The position numbers and the translations under genes are program-made. Of a DNA stretch of 21,312 nucleotides, positions 13,900 through 21,312 are shown piece by piece; position 1 is the stretch's first letter; every line of letters begins with the position of its first letter. This stretch comes from a virus. The stretch lies in UHGV virus genome UHGV-1468037. One strand, given 5' to 3'. The notes beneath the pieces are model-generated. The model saw only the letters and a program-made list of their open reading frames with translations, was not told the origin of the DNA and did no database searches.

Positions 13900-16646
13900 T
13901 ATTTGCCCCCTGCGTATATATTGCTCGGAAGGTAATTGGCTGAACCATAACCGAATGGTTTGGTCAGATCTGGAGGAGTATATCCATCTTTATTGCTGAA
14001 CTGCGGCAGCGGATTGCCTTCTCTCCGCACTCTAGCCTCATCAACACGCTGTTGCTGGAACTGAATGGTTTGCCTGTACATTGGAGATGTCAGCTGATCC
14101 GGCTTGAAACGAACAGGGAGACCATTTTCTCCAATATAATTTCTCGGTTCTATCGCTCCGTTTGCGTCAGGCTGTAAAACCATAACAGCATAACTCCTAT
14201 CCCTTGCCGTAAGGCCATCAGAAACAAGTATTAAGTCCGTATCACTGCGAGGACCGCCAAAGGATTTTGATTTAAGCTCGCGTTTTTCCTGCTCCCACTG
14301 CCCCTGTATCCAGTTACCAGCACCATTATTTACTCCGTACAATGCCTCAGGTGCATACTTCATAACCTCTGCTTTGCCATTAACTGTAGAAACTCCCCAG
14401 GTGGTTCTGATCATGGCATTGGTCATTTTCTCAGCCTGTTCTGCATCGCCACCTGTCTGTACAAAGTTAGCATCGTAAATTGTCTGGTAATCTCGCTGAT
14501 AGGCCGCATTTGATTTTCCTGGATCGGTAATATCCGGAGACCACGAACCAAAGGAAGTCAGACTGCTGGCGTTATTTTGTGCAGCAGTTGCCCTCGCCGC
14601 GACATATTTTTTGTCTCGCATGGCAGTGGAAAGCATCTGTTTCATTCGGTCATCCTGTTGGAACACCTGGCTGTAAGCCATATCAACAGCCTTATCCTCC
14701 GGCACGCCAGCGCGGGAATAATCGTAAACCTTGCCGTAAAATGCCATCGTACTTTTATCAAGTGTTGCCGCTGCCGCCGGATTATTATCGAATAACTGAC
14801 CGTAGAATTTTGCCATCGGGACAACCAGCGCAGGATCTCTTGATGTTGCTCCACTGTTAAGCATTGTTTTAACCTGAGTTGGTATCATGCCGCTTTTAGT
14901 TGTGACGGTGACCAGTGTATTGATGCTCTGCGGATCAGATATGGAAAACGAAGGCGCGATATCCTGCGCGAAATAACGGTCTACCGCTGCCTGATTGTTT
15001 TTGTCGTTAGGGTCCAGCGGGAAGTTATTTTGCATTGAAGACACGAACCTGTTTCTTCCCTGCTGAATCTCCCACTCCCTATCCATCTCTTTAAATTTGG
15101 CCTGCATTTTCTCCCAGCGTTGCTGGTTAGCTGCAAATCCAAGAGCGTTTGGATCCTGTGGACGTAAACGTTCAAGAATGTCTTGTCGTCCTTCTGGAGT
15201 GAGGTCTTTAGCGGCACCAATGACACCTCCATATTGTATCTGCGCCTGCATATCCTTCCACTTCATAGCGCCAATGCGCGGACCATTGGCCCGGATAAAA
15301 TCGTCCTCAGAAGGTAACTTCTCAGGTTTCAATCCTTCATCAAGGGCTGAATATGCATCTTTAACTACGGTGCTAAGCTGGTCCGCATACTGCTGGCGGT
15401 ACTGATTTCTCAGCTCATTAGCCTGCCTCAATGCCTGTATTTGCATTTGAGGGCTCATAGCGTCAAATGCCGCATTGCCCGTATAACGCTTAGGTGAATC
15501 AAGGTTAGTTAGACCAAGGGCTGCCGAGATACCAGTTTCAAGCTGTTCGGTGCTATAAGGCATACTGCCATTTTCGTGTTTAATAATCCCAGCACATAAA
15601 GCAGCTAGTGTCTTTGGGTTAGAGATATCAAGCTGATCATTCTCCCCAACACCAAGCTCACTACACAATGCCCTAATATAAGCATCAGTATTATTACCAT
15701 CACTAGCCGGAGCATAGCGATTAACAATCTCGCTAACGGTGTCATAGCCTTGACGCTGGTAAGACAACATATTTTTACCCAACGCGCGGATTCCATGCTC
15801 AGGGGTAGCAAACGTTGCAAAACGTCCATCGCTACCGATCTGACCTTCCCACGGGTTAGATTTGCTCGCTTCAATATTGCCAGGGTTATTATTACGTAAA
15901 CCACGAGCATCCAATGAATTACCATGTGATATTGCACGACTCACACCATCAAGATCCCCTGGCTCTCCATTAACCTGAAGAAACTCGTTGTATTTTTGAG
16001 CGATATTTCCTATCCATGCTTGCTGCCCCATTTGTTCCTTGAGCTGAGTTTTCTGCTGAACACGCCACTCATCAGGAAGCCCATGCGCATCAGCGTATTG
16101 ATCAATAGATTCAAATCGCTGCTTGGCTAAATCGACAAATGCTTGGTTATCGCTATATAGCCCCGCAGACTGAGTGACAGCCAATGCATTTCCTGACAAA
16201 TACGTTTGATCTTGGAATTGCTGAAACTGCCCAACTTCATATCGACGTGCCTGATTGTAATAAGACTGCATAGACTGCTGGAGTTGAAAGGATAATTTAT
16301 TCCTTTCCTCACTTTCAGGAATTGAGCCTAATAATGCCTGAGCCCTTTCCTGCATATTTTTCATAACAGCGTCACTCTGACCAAGAGCGTTTTTACCCTG
16401 TTTAGAAATCAGCCCATTTTCAGGGTTGTTAATCTGGTCATCTGCAAATTGGTTAAATTGCAGTAACGCCTCCTGGGCCATAGCAACATTCGCTTTCTGC
16501 CTAGCTTCACCATATGCCACCGCATACTGATCTGCGACATTCGCCAGCACCTGACCTGCTTGAGGAACATCGAAGGTCTGAAAACCACCGGTTTGCACAC
16601 CACGACTTTGCACCTGGCGTCCGGATGTAGTAGGAACAACAGGCAT
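13899..16646 (-). CDS. Large internal virion/ejection protein (T7 gp15-position analog) with an embedded conserved motif block
   Basis: 915 aa. Start/stop overlaps with neighbours. Contains the block ...GLRNNNPGNIEASKSNPWEGQ...GRFATFATPEHGIRALGKNMLSYQRQGYDTVSEIVNRYAP..., which I recall as recurring in phage virion proteins, possibly a wall-acting domain. Confidence 0.6.
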   Translation of the reverse strand: MPVVPTTSGRQVQSRGVQTGGFQTFDVPQAGQVLANVADQYAVAYGEARQKANVAMAQEALLQFNQFADDQINNPENGLISKQGKNALGQSDAVMKNMQERAQALLGSIPESEERNKLSFQLQQSMQSYYNQARRYEVGQFQQFQDQTYLSGNALAVTQSAGLYSDNQAFVDLAKQRFESIDQYADAHGLPDEWRVQQKTQLKEQMGQQAWIGNIAQKYNEFLQVNGEPGDLDGVSRAISHGNSLDARGLRNNNPGNIEASKSNPWEGQIGSDGRFATFATPEHGIRALGKNMLSYQRQGYDTVSEIVNRYAPASDGNNTDAYIRALCSELGVGENDQLDISNPKTLAALCAGIIKHENGSMPYSTEQLETGISAALGLTNLDSPKRYTGNAAFDAMSPQMQIQALRQANELRNQYRQQYADQLSTVVKDAYSALDEGLKPEKLPSEDDFIRANGPRIGAMKWKDMQAQIQYGGVIGAAKDLTPEGRQDILERLRPQDPNALGFAANQQRWEKMQAKFKEMDREWEIQQGRNRFVSSMQNNFPLDPNDKNNQAAVDRYFAQDIAPSFSISDPQSINTLVTVTTKSGMIPTQVKTMLNSGATSRDPALVVPMAKFYGQLFDNNPAAAATLDKSTMAFYGKVYDYSRAGVPEDKAVDMAYSQVFQQDDRMKQMLSTAMRDKKYVAARATAAQNNASSLTSFGSWSPDITDPGKSNAAYQRDYQTIYDANFVQTGGDAEQAEKMTNAMIRTTWGVSTVNGKAEVMKYAPEALYGVNNGAGNWIQGQWEQEKRELKSKSFGGPRSDTDLILVSDGLTARDRSYAVMVLQPDANGAIEPRNYIGENGLPVRFKPDQLTSPMYRQTIQFQQQRVDEARVRREGNPLPQFSNKDGYTPPDLTKPFGYGSANYLPSNIYAGGK

Positions 16647-17224
16647 CAGTAACCTCCTATTTTGAATCTGGAGTCAGAATTCATAAAACCTGAGTTAGAT
16701 AACATTGGCGTCCCACCACTAGATGTACTTCCTTTAGAGAACGGACTCCACGTCCCACCAAACATCTGGTACGCACCGTATGCTTTTAGTGGTGCCGTTA
16801 ACAAAGTGCTGGTCATCGATGATTTAGCAGCCGACTGAGCAGCAGCCCCCTGTGCCTGAGCATTCATTCCCTGAACCTGATACCCATATGCCTCACGCTG
16901 AGCATTATTCACTGTCGTTAACGCATCAAGAGTGCCGAACTGAGCATTATCCGCAAAAACGTCAAGAGCTGTTCCGCTACTTAATTCCGCACCGGTAGCC
17001 CCCATAGTGGCCGCCGCAGTGCCTGAGCGTTGACGCATTTCACGACGACGCTGATCCGCTTCAATATTCCCACGATTGATTGAATCCTGTGCCTGAGCTT
17101 CAGCAATTTCAGCATTCCGATCAGCTACGGCTGACTGGTATTTTGCCTGCTTGCTCTGGCTGTACATTGACGCTGCTGTGGATGCCACTGTGACGGCAAC
17201 CAAAGCGATGGCTGGGTTACACAT
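16646..17224 (-). CDS. Internal virion protein B-like (T7 gp14-like)
   Basis: 192 aa. N-terminus MCNPAIALVAVTVASTAAS... then Ala/Gln-rich helical region, similar in pattern to T7 gp14 as I remember it (MCWAAAIPIAISGAQ...). Size and position match. Confidence 0.6.
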   Translation of the reverse strand: MCNPAIALVAVTVASTAASMYSQSKQAKYQSAVADRNAEIAEAQAQDSINRGNIEADQRRREMRQRSGTAAATMGATGAELSSGTALDVFADNAQFGTLDALTTVNNAQREAYGYQVQGMNAQAQGAAAQSAAKSSMTSTLLTAPLKAYGAYQMFGGTWSPFSKGSTSSGGTPMLSNSGFMNSDSRFKIGGY

Positions 17225-17688
17225 TATTTTCTCTCCATGTGAAATCTGTGGAAATTAAGACCAAGAGCACCATAAGGCGCGGCTTCTTCAAGCCTGAATC
17301 CAAGCCAGTGCAGCCATGCTTTGGCAACATGGTTTCGCTCGTCGACGTAGTTTTCCAGGCGCGGATAAACTGCCAGCATCTGCTGCAATACAGGTCGGCA
17401 GTGGCGAAGAAATGTCTTCTGATATTTTTCAATACGGCTGGTTCCGACCAGCCAGGGTGTACCATTGCCACCGATCATTGACGCCGGAGATACACCAAAC
17501 ATGGTTACCAGTTCTCCGTTCGCGAACCCTGACCAGGCCATAGTCGCAGTGCGAAGACCAACACGCAGCGCATCTTCGGTAGTCATCAGCGATACCGCAT
17601 ACAGTTCGTCAATATCAGCCTGACGAACATCCGGCAAAATCATCTGAAGATGCTCTTCGGTGGCGGGAATAATTCGAACATCGATCAT
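17224..17688 (-). CDS. Small virion protein (T7 gp13-position analog)
   Basis: 154 aa. Overlapping stop/start with flanking genes. Assigned by position and size only. Confidence 0.5.
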   Translation of the reverse strand: MIDVRIIPATEEHLQMILPDVRQADIDELYAVSLMTTEDALRVGLRTATMAWSGFANGELVTMFGVSPASMIGGNGTPWLVGTSRIEKYQKTFLRHCRPVLQQMLAVYPRLENYVDERNHVAKAWLHWLGFRLEEAAPYGALGLNFHRFHMERK

Positions 17689-20153
17689 CAGAATCCCCCA
17701 ACAGTAAGACGAGGAATAACGGCAAGAACAGACAGCGGCAACGGGTCAAGCTGACGGATTCTTACACGTCCGTTTTTGCCCCAGTTACTGTCCAGTTTCA
17801 CTTCTACTTTTCCGGTAGCGTCATCAACAGGATCATCGTAGAACTCGAATTCACGCTGTGGATATTCGTACCATTTACCGCCGGGCGTAGTCGCCCAGAT
17901 GCCACGACTGGCATTCACAACCAGAGTAACGGACGGGATCACCTGTTTTTTGTCCAGCAGCGTTTCCTGTCCGTTAATGTTGATATCCAGTGTTTCGAAT
18001 TCAGCAGTTATTGGCAGGCCGATGTGCACTACAGCCCCAGGTGATTCCAGCGTGACGGCACCTCCGGAAACCACTTTCTGTGGTTCCACGTTCGCATCAG
18101 AGAGAATGTTTACGGTCTGGCCTTCAAGATGAGACAGGCCTCCAAATGTCCGGCGCGCCATCTGCCAGTTCGTGGTGGCCACATTCCTGAGGGATGGCGG
18201 GACGTTCCTGTTAGCACGAACCACTACAGCGGTATTGCTGGTTACAGAAATAATGTCGCAACGTAATTCTTTTGACACTTCAGTATCAGGATCAGTTCCG
18301 GTATAAGGGAACTGTAGTTGCGCGCCGACATCACTACTGGTGAAGTACGCACCACCAGAAACACTGATTGTATATTCCGCACGGTAATCCCATTCACCAG
18401 AACCACCAGTGATGGTCATCGTTCTGTCAGACGTATTTCTTCCATCATAGCTAAGGCCAGAATCAACAAAGAAAGCATCTTCATCGCTGGTAAATAAACG
18501 GCTGGACAGTCGCTCTATGTATCTCACTGTTTGCCCGTTAACGGTTCGGTTAACGACGAAATACACCGCATCTTCATTGCCTTCGCTGATACTGCATGTG
18601 CTTTCATATTTTCCGGTACTGGATTGTGGTGCCCATGCAAAAACCTGCTGATCACGCAAATAGGTCATCACCAGTAATTTACCGTCATCACGAATGCAGA
18701 AGGCGCTGGAGTAAGGGACAATCGAGAAGCACCAGTCAACAATGCTGTGCTTCTGAAAAAGATGATTGGCAAGGATGGTCAGGTCGTTCCCCTGATAGCC
18801 GTCAACATCGAATGAGTAGGCCAGATCACGGACAACACTGCCTTTCTCCTGGACGAACAGAGCAATATTCGCCACGGCAATTGGTGGGACATTGCTCGAG
18901 CCATTTGATCCCTGAGAGCTGAATGCAAATGATGATGGGGTAAGCACTTTGTTCTGGTCGCCAGTGATGACGTACTCACCTCCGGAAGTCAGCGCCACCA
19001 GCGAACCAACATCAATCAGGTGACGGATCTCATTAACCTGACGCCCGGCATAGGTGTAGATAATTCTGTCGTCATCCTGCGTAGGATTGCTTTTGCCAAA
19101 ATCCTTATAATCCCCGGTACGGCTGGCCCAGATAGTCTGAGGGAACGCAGTCGATGCGGCGAAGTAAAGGCGTTGTTGATAATAAACAACAGTGCCAGGA
19201 TAACCGTTAATACTGTTCCAGGCATATTTAGCCCATTTATAGCTGGCATTATCCTCGCCAACTACCTGCGAAGGGATATAGGAAATCACCTCGGCAGTTG
19301 CAGTAGTTCCATTTGCAGCAGAGATACGGGCAATGCCAAAACCACTGTGCAGATACTCCCACTCAATGCCGGTATCATCATCACCGGATCCGCCCCAGCC
19401 ATCCCATGATGTGCCTTCTGTATGCGAAGGGCGCAAAGTGCCTGTTTTGCCTGCTGTAACGGCGCGATAGTAGTTACTGTCTGCACGGCGAATATCGCCA
19501 ATCGACGTACTCTTACTGGTTTCCCATACCGGCACAGAATCCACTGCAGGCTGTTCCAGATAGAACAATTTGCCTACCTGCTCCGCGCCAAAAATTGAGG
19601 CGCTTGCCGTTAACGTAATTGTCCCGGTGCTGGCGCTGGCATAAACCGTCACTGACTCGTCAATATTGATATCTTCAAATGGCCCGTTCTTCGTTACCAC
19701 ATCAACCAGTTGCCAGTTGTCATGCGCATAGCGGCGCAACTCTTTCGGCGGGTATGCCGGATGAACCAGCGTAAGCACGTCTGCGCTTTGCGTGAATTTA
19801 ATTCGGAACAGATCGGCTTCAGTATATGGCGTGGCAATTTCATAAATAACATTGCTGCTGTTCAGCACCAACGCACCATCTTTGATAACGCGCATGTACT
19901 GGTGTCCGAACTCCAGAGCATAAGTCTGAACCGTCGAGAACTGGAACGGGATCAGGCGGCATTTCCGATTTGGGTATTTGGCGGCACCGACAAAACGCGT
20001 ACCAGGTCGATTCTCAACGCCGCCATACTGCCGCACGATAAAGTTATCGCACTTGCGCAATGCCACCTGGTACTTCGCCATGTCGATACGACCGTACAAC
20101 GACGGTCCAATCTCACCACCGGCAAAGCTGGGCTGGATCCAACTGATAGCCAT
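17688..20153 (-). CDS. Tail tubular protein B-like (nozzle; T7 gp12-position analog)
   Basis: 821 aa. Directly follows the tail-tube A-like gene with an ATGA overlap. Size close to T7 gp12. Confidence 0.6.
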   Translation of the reverse strand: MAISWIQPSFAGGEIGPSLYGRIDMAKYQVALRKCDNFIVRQYGGVENRPGTRFVGAAKYPNRKCRLIPFQFSTVQTYALEFGHQYMRVIKDGALVLNSSNVIYEIATPYTEADLFRIKFTQSADVLTLVHPAYPPKELRRYAHDNWQLVDVVTKNGPFEDINIDESVTVYASASTGTITLTASASIFGAEQVGKLFYLEQPAVDSVPVWETSKSTSIGDIRRADSNYYRAVTAGKTGTLRPSHTEGTSWDGWGGSGDDDTGIEWEYLHSGFGIARISAANGTTATAEVISYIPSQVVGEDNASYKWAKYAWNSINGYPGTVVYYQQRLYFAASTAFPQTIWASRTGDYKDFGKSNPTQDDDRIIYTYAGRQVNEIRHLIDVGSLVALTSGGEYVITGDQNKVLTPSSFAFSSQGSNGSSNVPPIAVANIALFVQEKGSVVRDLAYSFDVDGYQGNDLTILANHLFQKHSIVDWCFSIVPYSSAFCIRDDGKLLVMTYLRDQQVFAWAPQSSTGKYESTCSISEGNEDAVYFVVNRTVNGQTVRYIERLSSRLFTSDEDAFFVDSGLSYDGRNTSDRTMTITGGSGEWDYRAEYTISVSGGAYFTSSDVGAQLQFPYTGTDPDTEVSKELRCDIISVTSNTAVVVRANRNVPPSLRNVATTNWQMARRTFGGLSHLEGQTVNILSDANVEPQKVVSGGAVTLESPGAVVHIGLPITAEFETLDININGQETLLDKKQVIPSVTLVVNASRGIWATTPGGKWYEYPQREFEFYDDPVDDATGKVEVKLDSNWGKNGRVRIRQLDPLPLSVLAVIPRLTVGGF

Positions 20154-20761
20154 CAGGACAACCTCGCAATGGTAAACTCGTCAACCGGTGGCTGTGGTTC
20201 CTGTGATTCATTCTGGCTATGCGAGCCAGCACTAAGAATCACGCGATTGTACATATTGAGGGCAAACGTACCGAGGTCTGCATTCCCAGTGAGCGCCATG
20301 TTAATAGCTGCCGCAAGACGCCAGGCCAACGCCTCCATAAAAATGGCATCAAACATGTTCACATCTGAAACGCGAGAGACATACTTGAGCCATGCCTGCG
20401 GCTGGTCTGTGTAGATCAACTTTCCTGTTCCGTTGGTGTCTGCACCAACTTCGTACTGAACGCGCATTGCTGCTGTTGGATTGCGTACACCAGGAAGCAT
20501 AATTTCAGTAATGCGCAGACAATCGGACGGGTACTGGTACGCATATTCCCAGTCAGGCGGTGGATTGCTCGTATCTGCAAGCGCCACGCGTTTGGTAGCA
20601 AAGTTCCAGTCAAAATCAGAAAGAACAGCATCACGGCAGGCCTCAAAGTGCAGCGAACATTCCCCCGCTTCCTTGCTGGCTTCCGTCAGGCTGTTAATAC
20701 TGCGGCTGTTGCCAATATTGGACAGCGCACGATTACAGATCTCTACTACAGAGGCCATCAC
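20153..20761 (-). CDS. Tail tubular protein A-like (gatekeeper/adaptor; T7 gp11-like)
   Basis: 202 aa. N-terminal region (ICNRALSNIGNSRSINSLTEAS...) has a pattern reminiscent of T7 gp11. Size and position match. Confidence 0.55.
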   Translation of the reverse strand: MMASVVEICNRALSNIGNSRSINSLTEASKEAGECSLHFEACRDAVLSDFDWNFATKRVALADTSNPPPDWEYAYQYPSDCLRITEIMLPGVRNPTAAMRVQYEVGADTNGTGKLIYTDQPQAWLKYVSRVSDVNMFDAIFMEALAWRLAAAINMALTGNADLGTFALNMYNRVILSAGSHSQNESQEPQPPVDEFTIARLS

Positions 20762-21081
20762 TCACCTCCGTTACCGTACAGAGTTTCAGCCGCTGATTTT
20801 TCTACATCCCTGGAAACAGGAGCGATCGCCATATCAGTGATCTGCAGATCGGCGCTGCGATTAACACCATCGTCAGTTTCTCTGGCAGACAGGCCTCGAA
20901 TAACAGCCTTTGCAGTTATCATCACTTCTGTTCCGACGCCCTGAGGTTGCGCCTTCAGCTTATTCAATGTGTCGTTATTAAGAGTGATGCACAGCTCCCA
21001 CGGGTATTCATCGCGAGTTCTGGTTTCTCCGCTCTCATCCTGGTAGCTGTCAGTGCCGGTTTTGAGGTTTACGAGTTCCAT
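20758..21081 (-). CDS. Small virion-module protein, unknown function
   Basis: ORF 20758..21087. I prefer ATG 21081-21079 (protein MELVNLKTG...) with AGGAG RBS 5 nt upstream over the GTG at 21087. Stop overlaps the start of the tail-tube A-like gene. Confidence 0.6.
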   Translation of the reverse strand: MELVNLKTGTDSYQDESGETRTRDEYPWELCITLNNDTLNKLKAQPQGVGTEVMITAKAVIRGLSARETDDGVNRSADLQITDMAIAPVSRDVEKSAAETLYGNGGE

Positions 21082-21092
21082 ATACACTCCTG

Positions 21093-21116
21093 CAATAAAG
21101 GGGCCGAAGCCCCTTG
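21093..21116 (-). terminator. Terminator-like hairpin downstream of truncated gene
   Basis: Stem AAGGGGC / GCCCCTT with loop CGAA; on the minus strand it is followed by CTTTATTG. Confidence 0.45.
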
Positions 21117-21131
21117 TCGGATTCGCGAGGC

Positions 21132-21264
21132 TTACACGCCCAGTTCTTTACGCTTATCTGCGATCTTCTCTCGGAGCGTTTCGGCTTTAGCGTTATGGTG
21201 TGGCTTCTCGTTAAAGAGCAATTCGTACTCTTCACGGAGCTTATCCAGTTCACCATCATCTGAC
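21132..21264 (-). CDS. 5'-truncated CDS (C-terminal 43 codons) cut by the contig/adapter boundary
   Basis: Open frame with no start, translating by hand to ...SDDGELDKLREEYELLFNEKPHHNAKAETLREKIADKRKELGV with TAA stop at 21134-21132. The ORF-track 69 aa ORF 21050..21259 is in a different frame and is rejected. Confidence 0.5.
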
Positions 21265-21312
21265 CTGTCTCTTATACACATCTCCGAGCCCACGAGACAG
21301 GCAGAAATCTCG
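21265..21312. other. Illumina Nextera transposase adapter plus 8-nt index (sequencing artifact, not genomic)
   Basis: Exact CTGTCTCTTATACACATCT + CCGAGCCCACGAGAC, then AGGCAGAA (index-like) and ATCTCG (start of the P7 flank). Confidence 0.9.

Noticed and set aside
19710-20414. 234 aa plus-strand ORF
   Set aside because: Antisense to the tail-tube A/B-like genes in a tightly overlapping minus-strand operon; likely a chance open frame.
21050-21259. 69 aa minus-strand ORF at window end
   Set aside because: It is in a different frame from the clean charged C-terminal reading frame ending at 21132 and crosses a terminator hairpin. The ORF-track ORFs at 21050..21259 and 20758..21087 are better explained by the truncated CDS 21132-21264 plus the 20758-21081 gene.
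1-21312. tRNA, rRNA or CRISPR array
   Set aside because: No cloverleaf-like conserved tRNA segments, rRNA-like stretches or regularly spaced direct repeats were seen; the junction region 1154-1371 in particular has no tRNA-like structure.

Overview
The first ~1.2 kb looks like enterobacterial chromosome: two plus-strand envelope genes that I tentatively recognise as yfgH and yfgI, followed by an intrinsic terminator. From ~1.37 kb to the end, the window is one arm of a prophage, with almost all genes on the minus strand and many stop/start overlaps. Read in the direction of transcription (high to low coordinates) it contains: a 5'-truncated gene at the window edge; a small virion gene; tail-tube A-like and B-like genes; four internal virion (ejection) protein genes of 154, 192, 915 and 1129 aa; an AT-rich accessory island (6.55-10.5 kb); a ~991 aa tail fiber/tailspike; and a lysis cassette (two membrane proteins, a GH19-type endolysin, Rz with embedded Rz1). 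The order and sizes resemble the T7-supergroup virion module (gp11 to gp17, then lysis) carried by a temperate podovirus; this rests on remembered sequence patterns and gene order, not a database search. The accessory island is the most interesting part. It holds a BRO-N antirepressor-like gene; a small paralog of that gene's C-terminal domain sitting behind a perfect LexA box; a membrane-anchored tandem zinc-ribbon protein; a 55 aa + 146 aa two-gene operon; and a secreted cysteine-rich 283 aa protein. It also carries four copies of a dyad motif (ATTACCTT-N3-GGTAA) and paired terminators. The last 48 nt of the window are Illumina Nextera adapter plus index, so the right edge is an assembly/trim artifact, not biology. 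No tRNA, rRNA or CRISPR array was seen.
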